Sequence record: NZ_CP092111.1
Strand: one strand, 5' to 3'
DNA from: a plasmid
Length of the DNA stretch: 64,000 nt
A program made the position numbers and the translations under genes. Position 1 is the first letter of the stretch; each line of letters opens with the position of its first letter. The notes beneath the pieces are model-generated. The model searched no databases. It saw only the letters and a list, made by a program, of their open reading frames with translations, and was not told the origin of the DNA. Positions 39,978 to 48,337 of the stretch are shown in pieces.

Positions 39978-40082
39978 CTGAACCGCTCCTTTTCAAATTT
40001 ATTGTGTGAATGTCACCATCATCTGATGACAATTCAAGTATAACATATGCTTTACTGATATTAAAGCATATGTTAGAAATGT
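39978..40082 (-). promoter_or_regulatory. Conserved promoter/operator/5'UTR element, copy E1
   Basis: On the minus strand: palindrome taacatatgcttta-N7-taaagcatatgtta overlapping an extended -10 (TGtTATACT). Then the CATCA-N2-TGATG palindrome. Then conserved UTR attcacacaataaatttgaaaaggag. Confidence 0.6.
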
Positions 40083-40424
40083 TTATTTATCTTTTTGATA
40101 TAACGTGTAACCGCATTTGCAAAACTCAGCTATTTGTACAGGTGACAACCCGATTGTTTCGCCCTGATCGTTGACTGATGCGACAAAAAATGGGCCGTGG
40201 ATACAATGTGTCTTACCGTTTTCAGTAATTTTGCAATAGTATTGGGAATTGTAGAAGCCCTCTTCGTCGAACCAAATGTCAATGTTATTATTGAGTCTCA
40301 AACATTCGAGGTTATCGGCTCCTACAAGATTTTGCCGTTCTTCAAGGGTTTGCGGCAGTTCAACAAATCTGTTGTTCTGATGATCAAACAAAATGATTTT
40401 TTCCATAAAACTACTTCCTTTCAA
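40083..40424 (-). CDS. hypothetical protein (113 aa)
   Basis: ORF downstream of E2. Confidence 0.4.
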   Translation of the reverse strand: MKGSSFMEKIILFDHQNNRFVELPQTLEERQNLVGADNLECLRLNNNIDIWFDEEGFYNSQYYCKITENGKTHCIHGPFFVASVNDQGETIGLSPVQIAEFCKCGYTLYQKDK

Positions 40425-40508
40425 ATTTTATTGTGTGAATGTCACCATCACCTGATGATAATTTAAGTATAACATATTCTTTACCGATAGTAAAGCATAT
40501 GTTATAAA
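40425..40508 (-). promoter_or_regulatory. element copy E2
   Basis: Same architecture as E1. Confidence 0.6.
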
Positions 40509-41174
40509 TTATTTTTTGAAATTTCCATCCGGCACTCTCAGCTGACAGATAACATGGTTTACGAATTCTTGGAAAGTACCTTCGCTACTTAGATCATGAC
40601 CTTTTATGTTAGTCATAACGGCGTACCATTTTCCGCTCTTAGGGAAATAAACATTGTTAATCATATTAAAAGGATCGTCATTCTTTTCAAAGTTTTTTCC
40701 TAACATTTGAGAAGGTTTTACAAAGGATACATTACATTCTTCGTCCACATACTTATTGATCGAGTTAAAGTATCTTTTTGCAATGACTTTAATCAGGTAA
40801 CAAATAGTTTCTGCCGTTTCAAAAAAAGGGGGTTCCGTTATGGAATCGAATTGCATCTCAGAAAGAAATTCTATAGTTGCAGTGAAAGAAAAACTGCCTT
40901 TAGTTCTCTCTTCCGCTATTTCAGTGAACTCATTAAGAGTAATCAACTTCGCTCTCTTCCGATACACATCATCAGAAGTAAAAACTATTTTGTTATCCTC
41001 GATGTGATTCAGCAAAGTTTCAAAGGCATCGTGCCGAATCGTTTCTTGAATTTCTGCTGTGTCCAACTCTTGAAAGATCAATCTTATGTTTTCCTTAGTT
41101 GCCGGTATGTTGTTTCTTCGAAGAGCTTCAATAAAATCCGCTTGTGCCAGTGTGACCTGAAACGTAAAATTCAT
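40509..41174 (-). CDS. hypothetical protein (221 aa)
   Basis: ORF downstream of E3. Confidence 0.45.
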   Translation of the reverse strand: MNFTFQVTLAQADFIEALRRNNIPATKENIRLIFQELDTAEIQETIRHDAFETLLNHIEDNKIVFTSDDVYRKRAKLITLNEFTEIAEERTKGSFSFTATIEFLSEMQFDSITEPPFFETAETICYLIKVIAKRYFNSINKYVDEECNVSFVKPSQMLGKNFEKNDDPFNMINNVYFPKSGKWYAVMTNIKGHDLSSEGTFQEFVNHVICQLRVPDGNFKK

Positions 41175-41285
41175 TTTAATTCTCCTTTACAAAATTTATT
41201 GTGTGAATGCCGCCATCACCTGATGACAATTTAAGTATAACATATGCTTTATATAAGGTAAAGCATATGTTATACATTTTTTTGT
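41175..41285 (-). promoter_or_regulatory. element copy E3
   Basis: Same architecture as E1. Confidence 0.6.
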
Positions 41286-41321
41286 TTTGATAAAATCATT
41301 CCTTTTCTTTATAATGAAATT

Positions 41322-41406
41322 AATGATTTGTAAGGACTTTACCTCCTTAACAAATTTATTGTGTGAATAGGTTGCGGTGTGCGGAAACATGCCGCAACTC
41401 TTTTCT
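41322..41406 (+). ncRNA. candidate small RNA (about 85 nt). Promoter is TTGATA(41287)-17-TATAAT(41310); terminator is gttgcgg...ccgcaac + tcttttct. The body is antisense to the conserved 5'UTR/SD of the element-driven genes
   Basis: Promoter, terminator and complementarity all seen directly. Transcript segment ccuccuuaacaaauuuauugugugaau is complementary to mRNA leaders auucacacaauaaauuug(a/u)aaaggag of genes 39777-39977, 40083-40424, 40509-41174 (minus strand) and 41843-42307 (plus strand). Confidence 0.4.
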
Positions 41407-41412
41407 ATTATA

Positions 41413-41498
41413 TGCTTTACTATAATTAAAGAATATGTTAGAATTTAATTACCGTCAGTTGATGGTTTTCACACAATAAATCTTTTGGAGGGGTTAAA
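41413..41498 (+). promoter_or_regulatory. element copy E4 (degenerate palindrome tatatgctttac-N-ttaaagaatatgtta) driving gene 41499
   Basis: Seen in sequence. Confidence 0.45.
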
Positions 41499-41744
41499 TT
41501 GTTACCACATATCAGGAAAATGAGTCTTGTTCATGATTATCTTTATAATAATCGTGAAGTAGCTGAAAGATCGAATGATGGGAAGGATCAAGTGAGAGAC
41601 CGTTTTATCATTGTTACTACAGCAGAGGATCTCTTTGCTGAAGAAATACCCGCTGAAGAACATTATCTATATTCAGATTTTAATGAAGTGGTAAGTGAAC
41701 TGCGAAACACGGTAAATGATATGAAAGCTTTAAGGGAATTTTAG
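41499..41744 (+). CDS. hypothetical protein (81 aa, TTG start)
   Basis: SD ggagggg. Confidence 0.4.
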   Translation: MLPHIRKMSLVHDYLYNNREVAERSNDGKDQVRDRFIIVTTAEDLFAEEIPAEEHYLYSDFNEVVSELRNTVNDMKALREF

Positions 41745-41749
41745 AATAT

Positions 41750-41842
41750 TTTTTCTAACATATGCTTTACTATCAGTAAAGCATATGTTATACTTAAATT
41801 GTCATCAGGTGATGGTGGCATTCACACAATAAATTTGAAGGG
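41750..41842 (+). promoter_or_regulatory. element copy E5 (plus orientation) driving the second RadC-like gene
   Basis: taacatatgctttactatcagtaaagcatatgttatact...gtcatcaggtgatggtggcattcacacaataaatttgaaggg. Confidence 0.6.
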
Positions 41843-42307
41843 ATGAAGAAAATGGAGAAAGTGATTGAAGTTCTTACTCTGAAACAGGTAAAACATGAGG
41901 TTGACTGTCCAGTATCAGTCATAAGAAAGCCAGACGACGCTTTTAAGGTCTATGAATACTTTATAGCAGATGAAGCAAGAGAGGTGCCATTGGCTATCTA
42001 TCTTGACGTTAAAAACAACATTCTTGCCATATATAAAGTATCGATAGGGGATGTTCGCAGTGCTATCCTCTCTCCAAGACAAATTTATCAGGCGGCACTT
42101 TTAAATAATGCTTCGTCAGTAATCATTGGACATAATCATCCAGGCGGTGATGTTGCTCCTTCAAGGCAAGATATTGAAACCACTCAGAGGATATATGAAG
42201 CAGGAAAGCTACTAGGGATAGAACTTTTAGATCACATTATAGTGAGCATTGAAAATGGAGAAAAGAAACATCTTTCTTTGAAAGAGGCAGGATACATTAG
42301 GAATTAA
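41843..42307 (+). CDS. RadC-like JAB/MPN domain protein, second copy
   Basis: GHNHPGGDVAPSRQDIETTQRIYEAGKLLGIELLDHIIV. Confidence 0.8.
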   Translation: MKKMEKVIEVLTLKQVKHEVDCPVSVIRKPDDAFKVYEYFIADEAREVPLAIYLDVKNNILAIYKVSIGDVRSAILSPRQIYQAALLNNASSVIIGHNHPGGDVAPSRQDIETTQRIYEAGKLLGIELLDHIIVSIENGEKKHLSLKEAGYIRN

Positions 42308-42404
42308 AAGAAAAAAATTTAACCAATAGGTTCACAAAGTAAACCAAATTGTTTACTTTGTGAACTGAATGGTGTAAAATTAAGGTAAAGAAGGAGGTAG
42401 TAAT

Positions 42405-42872
42405 ATGAAAAAATCTCAACAATTTCTGAAAGGAACTTTTCCTTACTTGGGTCATCCTGATTATGATGGGAAGCCAACTAATGATACGCTCGAAACCTTT
42501 GATCAGTTGTTTTCTCATTTCCAAGACCATCACAAGAACGGCTTTGACCTCAGACGGCTGGGCAACCTGGAGCCATCGCTTATGTTACTTGCAGTGGAAG
42601 CCATTGCGATTTTCTACAAAGAGGATCTGTACAGAGAAAAGGAACCTGATACGGAATATATCAACCTTACAGATACCGCTAAGTTGCTTGGCATTTCAAA
42701 ACAAACTTTACGTAAGCGAATGGAAAAACAAAGTCCGCCAGTACCAAAACCAGATCACTATGTGAGCGGTGTACCGGCGTGGGAAAAGAAAGCTGTAGAA
42801 CAGTTCATATGGGACAACGGCCTTTATGATAATGATGGAGAATTCACTTATCCTATTCGAGAAGAAGACTAA
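42405..42872 (+). CDS. HTH DNA-binding protein (MerR/excisionase-like)
   Basis: LTDTAKLLGISKQTLRKRMEK. Confidence 0.5.
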   Translation: MKKSQQFLKGTFPYLGHPDYDGKPTNDTLETFDQLFSHFQDHHKNGFDLRRLGNLEPSLMLLAVEAIAIFYKEDLYREKEPDTEYINLTDTAKLLGISKQTLRKRMEKQSPPVPKPDHYVSGVPAWEKKAVEQFIWDNGLYDNDGEFTYPIREED

Positions 42873-42890
42873 AAAAGGAGAGAAATAATT

Positions 42891-43139
42891 ATGAAAAAAA
42901 ACCTTGCCACATTATTGGAAGAGCGGAAGCGATCACAGTCTCAGTTGGATAAAAACGAAGTGATACTAATTAAGGATGCGATAGAAGAGTTTTCTCACAG
43001 AGAAGAGTTTGAACCAGCTTTCTATTTACAGCGATTTTTGAGCTACCATGAACTATCCTCACGGTGGGGGTGGCTGCTTGTTGAGAAATTTCTTGTATAT
43101 GTGAGAAGGGAAGAAAAAAAGCTGTCTGCTTTCCGTTAA
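42891..43139 (+). CDS. hypothetical protein (82 aa)
   Basis: ORF. Confidence 0.35.
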   Translation: MKKNLATLLEERKRSQSQLDKNEVILIKDAIEEFSHREEFEPAFYLQRFLSYHELSSRWGWLLVEKFLVYVRREEKKLSAFR

Positions 43140-43143
43140 TTTA

Positions 43144-43548
43144 ATGATGCCGACACAATTGAAGGAGGATTTGACAATGAAAATGTTCGGCTATGTAAGA
43201 GGTCTGTATGATTTAGAAAGAATGGCGGAATTGTATGGGTGGCAGATCAATTCAAAGGATCATTGTAATAAGGGGTCAGACTTTGTTTATCTTTTTCATG
43301 AGGAACGGGATTTTTTGGTAGCGGTAAATACGATTAATGGTCGGTTCTTTGTTACACATCGATTAACGAAAAACCTTGTGGCTACGGATCAAAGTGTCAA
43401 ATTAAAAAGTGAAAAATGGTATGAGGATTTGCTTGAAATCCTTTATAAAGAGATTCCATGCCGTTTCTTAAATAAAAAAGAGTTCAGCCGCCAGCTGAAC
43501 CCTCTTGAAACCTTAAAAGCTTCTCACGCTAAAGAAGATTTCATGTAA
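43144..43548 (+). CDS. hypothetical protein; paralog of 44007..44309
   Basis: Shared motif GW...DxVYLF...D.xVAxNTxNGxFFV. Confidence 0.45.
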   Translation: MMPTQLKEDLTMKMFGYVRGLYDLERMAELYGWQINSKDHCNKGSDFVYLFHEERDFLVAVNTINGRFFVTHRLTKNLVATDQSVKLKSEKWYEDLLEILYKEIPCRFLNKKEFSRQLNPLETLKASHAKEDFM

Positions 43549-43590
43549 TTATAGCACAGATCCGTTTATTCCTGTATGGGAGGTGCACGA

Positions 43591-43752
43591 ATGACAGCCG
43601 CTGAAGTCGCGGTGATATTAGGAATTTTCCTGACATCTCTGCACATCTGTGAAAAGCTTCTCACGCTAGAAAAGATGTTAATAGAAAGAAAGTCACCAAA
43701 GAAAAAAAGTCCTCGGAAAGCAAGCCGCAACAGTAAGCGTAAGTTTGGATAG
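43591..43752 (+). CDS. small membrane peptide (53 aa) with basic tail
   Basis: SD gggaggtg 6 nt upstream; hydrophobic N-terminus then KSPKKKSPRKASRNSKRK. Not in the >=60-aa ORF track. Confidence 0.3.
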   Translation: MTAAEVAVILGIFLTSLHICEKLLTLEKMLIERKSPKKKSPRKASRNSKRKFG

Positions 43753-43781
43753 AGGGAGAGGGTTCGCCTCTCCCCGCCTAT

Positions 43782-43973
43782 ATGGGTTGTCAAAATGATA
43801 TGAAATTACTCAAAACTATAAAAGAGATTGTTTTCTGGCTATTCATCTTCACTTATGTCTTTGGTGTCCGCACAGCGGTTAGCGGCGGTATTCAAGAAGC
43901 TTTAGACATATTGATCATTATTTCTGTTGTTTGTTCGTTAATTGTATTTTGGATAAAAAGTAGACAAGCCTAA
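43782..43973 (+). CDS. small 2-TM membrane peptide (63 aa)
   Basis: Hydrophobic; followed by terminator. Confidence 0.35.
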   Translation: MGCQNDMKLLKTIKEIVFWLFIFTYVFGVRTAVSGGIQEALDILIIISVVCSLIVFWIKSRQA

Positions 43974-43990
43974 GCAGGCTTGTCTTGAAT
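43962..43990 (+). terminator. rho-independent terminator (agacaagcc taagc aggcttgtct)
   Basis: Perfect 9-bp stem. Confidence 0.55.
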
Positions 43991-44006
43991 TAAAGGAGCA
44001 GATAAT

Positions 44007-44309
44007 GTGAAAAAATTTGCCGGTGTAAGATCATTGGACGATATGAGAACACAAGCGATTGAAGCAGGGTGGAAATTTGATGAGAAGGCTTACCATAAGG
44101 AGAACAGTGACTATGTATTCCTTTATGGTAAAACAAAAGATGACATTATGGTTGCTATCAATACATTCAATGGCCATTTCTTTGTTTATAATAATGCAAC
44201 TGATGAAAGTATAGCTACGCATTTAAGTGAGCGATTTGATCAAGAATCTTGGTACGTTGAAATTCTGAATATTGTTAATAAGCCATATGTGAAAAAAGAG
44301 CGGCTTTAA
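44007..44309 (+). CDS. hypothetical protein; paralog of 43144..43548
   Basis: See 43144..43548. Confidence 0.45.
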   Translation: MKKFAGVRSLDDMRTQAIEAGWKFDEKAYHKENSDYVFLYGKTKDDIMVAINTFNGHFFVYNNATDESIATHLSERFDQESWYVEILNIVNKPYVKKERL

Positions 44310-44424
44310 TCACTCAGCACATACAGCAGGCGCAGCAGGTCTGCGCTCTCTTCACAAATGATACAACATTGAACATTTTTCGTTTTGAACCGGTTTAAAT
44401 TTTATCGGTGAGAGGTGTTTTGAA

Positions 44425-44700
44425 TTGCAGTATCCAGGAGATTACGTAACGATTGTAAAAAAGCCTTCTAATAGGTATGACCAAGGTCTTTTCGAGATCC
44501 GTGGTATACCCAATACCTTCTTTGAATTTTCATATCTTGGAGACAGAGGTTTTATAGAGATTAAAGAAAGCGGTACAGCGATATACTGTGTCAACCGGAA
44601 TGTTAAAGAGGGGAAACCTGTTTCATATAACTTTAGCAAGAAAAATATTGCATATCTCAGAGAGCAGATAAGATATCTGCTGGACAGACGACTATACTAA
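44425..44700 (+). CDS. hypothetical protein (91 aa)
   Basis: ORF. Confidence 0.35.
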   Translation: MQYPGDYVTIVKKPSNRYDQGLFEIRGIPNTFFEFSYLGDRGFIEIKESGTAIYCVNRNVKEGKPVSYNFSKKNIAYLREQIRYLLDRRLY

Positions 44701-44729
44701 AATATGTGGTTTATAATTGATGAATAGGA

Positions 44730-45254
44730 GTGTTAAATGTGTATGGCGGTAGCCTAAACGATATAGAAGCGAATTTAGAGCGGCTTTTAGAAGCTGAAGA
44801 GAAATCATTGTCTTGGAGCATTTCGTTTATGTGTGAGGAAGGAATAGAATTAGAATCAGTAGGAAGTGTGTATTATAGCGGGAACAGCTTTTATAATGCC
44901 GAGGATGCTTATCAATATTTAAAAGAAAAAAACCTTCTTTCAGAGTTTTCGCTTAGCCAGCAAGAAAAAATCATAGATCAGGTTAAAGCATTTGTGAATT
45001 TGCAGATTTTTGAAAACCCAAATTACTGCAGCCATTCAGGGTACAAAGCTTCTCCTGAATGTTATCGGGAAACGGAAAATAAAATAATGGTAGCTTTTAT
45101 AGATGATTCAGACCAACTCTATTTTGATGCTATTATAGACAAAATCTGTGGCAATGTGAGGTTTGAGTATCTGGGGCAATACGAGACAGAGGGAAGCCGC
45201 CCTTTTGAAAACAGATCGTTTAAGATAAGTGTAGAAAGTATTAGGGGGAAATAA
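44730..45254 (+). CDS. hypothetical protein (174 aa)
   Basis: ORF. Confidence 0.4.
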   Translation: MLNVYGGSLNDIEANLERLLEAEEKSLSWSISFMCEEGIELESVGSVYYSGNSFYNAEDAYQYLKEKNLLSEFSLSQQEKIIDQVKAFVNLQIFENPNYCSHSGYKASPECYRETENKIMVAFIDDSDQLYFDAIIDKICGNVRFEYLGQYETEGSRPFENRSFKISVESIRGK

Positions 45255-45255
45255 T

Positions 45256-45531
45256 ATGAAAAGTACAGGTGTTGTTCGCAAAGTTGACGAATTAGGGCGC
45301 GTTGTTTTACCGATTGAGATTAGAAGGATATTTGATATGAAACATAAAGATCCGATAGAAATTTTCACCGAGAATGATACGATAATTCTTAGAAAATACC
45401 AACCGCAGAAACAGTGTGCGATCACGGGCACAGTGTCAGATGAAAATATGACCTTTAGCGGAGGGATTGTTCTGAGTCCAGAAGGATGCGAGAGGTTAGT
45501 GTCTGAATTAATAGAATTAGGGCGCCGATAG
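45256..45531 (+). CDS. abrB: AbrB/Abh-family transition-state regulator paralog (swapped-hairpin N-domain)
   Basis: MKSTGVVRKVDELGRVVLPIEIRRIFDMKHKDPIEIF is nearly identical in pattern to B. subtilis AbrB N-terminus MKSTGIVRKVDELGRVVIPIELRR. Confidence 0.85.
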   Translation: MKSTGVVRKVDELGRVVLPIEIRRIFDMKHKDPIEIFTENDTIILRKYQPQKQCAITGTVSDENMTFSGGIVLSPEGCERLVSELIELGRR

Positions 45532-45582
45532 GGGTATCAAAACTCTTCTGTGTAAAGGGTTAATTAAGGAGATGCGGGTATT

Positions 45583-45771
45583 ATGACAATGGAACGTTAC
45601 TTAAAATTAAGATATAAAGGAACTACCGTGCAAGAAATTCAAAATGAATATGAATTAAGCGAAAGCACCGTTTGGACCCTTGAATTAGGTTATACTTGTT
45701 TTCTCAAAGGGATTCCGCTGGATGAAGCGATTAAAGCTATTTTTAGCATTGAGGGCCCACAAGTTCATTAA
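45583..45771 (+). CDS. small hypothetical protein (62 aa)
   Basis: ORF. Confidence 0.3.
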   Translation: MTMERYLKLRYKGTTVQEIQNEYELSESTVWTLELGYTCFLKGIPLDEAIKAIFSIEGPQVH

Positions 45772-45779
45772 TACGGCGT

Positions 45780-47440
45780 CAGCTAGCAATCTGAAGGCGA
45801 AAAACGCTTCGCGTTTACGGAGCGATCGGGAGAGTGCTGGATGCGCCTCTCCTATAAAATCTCCGCGACTCATCACAAGTTCGGGAGCAACCGGATTCCG
45901 GAGCCGGCCAGGCGCCGGCTTTTTTGTGGCCAGGTCAGGCAACGGATCGCCCTGGCTGTTGAAGGAGATACGCGGCCGCCGGTCCCGATATGGCGCCTGC
46001 AGGAGAGCATAGAAGGCGAAAACGCTTCGCGTTTACGGGGCGATCTGGTCTGCATGGGCAGCACCGCGCCATGAAATCTCTGTGTCACATCGAAGCTGCG
46101 GGGCAGCCGGATTCCGGAGCCGATCAGGCGCCGGCTTTTTTTGTGTCCTGGCCAGACGGGCCGCCCTGGTAGCTGAAGGAGCTCCGCGGCCGTCGGTTCC
46201 GATGCGGCGCCAGCAGGAGAGCGTCTGAAGGTGAAAACACACCGCGTTTACGGGGCGATCTGGTCTGCACCGGCAGCGCCGCGTCGTGAAATCTCCGCGG
46301 CTCATCGAAGCTGCGGAGGAAACCGGATTCCGGAGCCGGCCAGGTGCCGGCTTTTTTTGTGTCCAGAGCAGGAAACGGGCCGCCCTGGTAGCTGAAGGAG
46401 CTCCGCGGCCGTCGGTTCCGATGCGGCGCCAGCAGGAGAGCGTCTGAAGGTGAAAACACACCGCGTTTACGGGGCGATCTGGTCTGCACCGGCAGCGCCG
46501 CGTCGTGAAATCTCCGCGGCTCATCGAAGCTGCGGAGGAAACCGGATTCCGGAGCCGGCCAGGTGCCGGCTTTTTTTGTGTCCAGAGCAGGAAACGGGCC
46601 GCCCTGGCTGCTGAAGGAGATCCGCGGCCGTCGGTCCCGATATGGCGCCAGCAGGAGAGCATAGAAGGCGAAAACGCCCCGCGTTTACGAAGCGATCGGG
46701 AGTATACCGGCAGCGCCGCATCGTGAAATCTCCGCGGCTCATCGAAGCTGCGGGCAACCGAATTTGGGAACCGGCCAGGCGCAGGCTTTTTTGTGGCCAG
46801 GTCAGGCAACGGATCGCCCTGGCTGCTGAAGGAGATCCGCGGCCGCCGGTCCCGATATGGCGCCAGCAGGAGAGCATCTGAAGGCGAAAACGCCCCGCGT
46901 TTACGGGGCGATCGGGAGAGCATCTGCAGCGCGCCGCGCCATGAAATCTCTGCGGCTCATCGAAGCTGCGGGGGCTGCCAGATTCCGGAGCCGACCAGGC
47001 GCCGGCTTTTTGTGTTCTGGCCAGGACGGAACGCCCTGGCTGCAGCTGAAGGATATCCGCATCCGACGGCCCTAATACGGCGCCAGCAGGAGAGCGTCTG
47101 AAGGCAAAACGCCCCGCGTTTACGGGGCGATCGGGAGAGCATCTGCAGCGCGCCGCGCCATGAAATCTCTGCGGCTCATCGAAGCTGCGGGGGCTGCCAG
47201 ATTCCGGAGCCGACCAGGCGCTGGTTTTTTGTGTCCAGGGCAAGCTACGGGACGCCCTGGTTGCAGCTGAAGGATATCCGCATCCGACGGCCCTAATACG
47301 GCGCCAGCAGGAGAGCGTTGAAGGCAAAACGCCCCGCGTTTACGGGGCGATCAGGGATGCACCGGCAGCGCCGCCTCATGAAATCTCTGCGGCTCATCGA
47401 AGCTGCGGGGCATCCGGATTCCGGAACCGGCCGGTCGCCT
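45780..47440. repeat. Largest REP-like array, family 1 (about 7 units over 1.65 kb)
   Basis: Recurrent gaaaacgccccgcgtttacg, tgaaatctccgcggctcatcgaagctgcgg and gccggctttttttgtgtcc blocks. Confidence 0.85.
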
Positions 47441-47675
47441 GCAAGTTTCTAAAAGCAAAGGTAACTGGTGTCGTTAGCAAGCATGCTTTCATCGTCTGGG
47501 GTTATGAATAGAAGTTGAGAGGATACTGCACAGTGATAAAAAGTATCAAATACCATTTAATTAATTTGAAATCATTTCTCAGGGGTTTACAGGGTAATTG
47601 GAGTGTTGAGCCTGGTATTGCGGTGAAGTTCGGAGGAACATCCTGGGGAGCTGTATTAAGTACCATTTGAGTTTT

Positions 47676-47705
47676 TGATAAAAAAGCGAATTTATGTTAT
47701 AATAA
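47676..47705 (+). promoter_or_regulatory. orphan strong promoter TTGATA-17-TGtTATAAT with no ORF downstream for about 350 bp
   Basis: Seen in sequence. Confidence 0.35.
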
Positions 47706-48051
47706 CAGAACAATTAGTTAAACGAAAAAACAGAGAGACGTTCAAGTAACTTGGCTGCAGCTTTTACCCTACATTAAACGGTCAGGTTTAATGTTAGCCA
47801 GTTCTTGAAAGACCCTCTATTCCTATCTTGCTATTTTTATAATTCTTTAAGGAAGCAGAAAATTAATAAGAAGAGTCTGCCTAGAACGACAAACCATTCT
47901 AAGGTCTTCTTGATTTTCTCGCTTCTTTTTTTTATGTATGAAAAGAATTTTTTCACTGGCCTCCCCCCTTTACTGCTTGATCAGCTGCGGGATTTAGAGC
48001 AGTTTTAATTAGCCTCTCTACCGTCTGCTTTATTTCTCATAAATAAACGAG

Positions 48052-48264
48052 GTGGAATCAATGAATGGTATCGAATTTTTAGAATCTGTGGCGCACCTTG
48101 GCCAATTAGTTTTAGTGTTCTCTGGCTACGTCCTCTATTGGAAACTAGGTAAAACGAAAAGGGAGCGAAGGCTTACAAAATTTGAAACCTCCATTAGGTT
48201 CTCTGTAATGTTCGGTATATCTACATGGGCGCTTTCGTCTATTGCTTTGAATTTGTGGTCATAA
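48052..48264 (+). CDS. small membrane protein (70 aa)
   Basis: Two hydrophobic segments. Confidence 0.3.
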   Translation: MESMNGIEFLESVAHLGQLVLVFSGYVLYWKLGKTKRERRLTKFETSIRFSVMFGISTWALSSIALNLWS

Positions 48265-48337
48265 TCTTCCATTGATATTTGAATTAATAAAGAAAAGGCA
48301 TCTCTATAATGAGATGCTTTTTCTTTATTCAAAGGAA

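Noticed and set aside
41196-41390. ORF 41196-41390 (minus strand)
   Set aside because: It runs through element copy E3 and the sRNA promoter; it has no SD and is better explained by the regulatory DNA.
38950-41800. Palindrome AACATATGCTTTA as a LexA (Cheo) box, CGAAC-N4-GTTCG
   Set aside because: The half-site lacks the G and C that define GAAC/GTTC at positions 1 and 12, and the extended palindrome is 13 bp per arm. It is more likely a different repressor or a hairpin.
45685-47327. Track ORFs 46033-46923 (296 aa), 46521-47327 (268 aa) and a dozen shorter ones
   Set aside because: Same reason: they lie inside the 1.65-kb REP array and are internally repetitive, with no SD or start context.
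4140-47440. Possibility that the repeat arrays are CRISPR arrays
   Set aside because: The unit is about 220 bp and composite. There are no short unique spacers between identical short repeats, and no cas genes are present.
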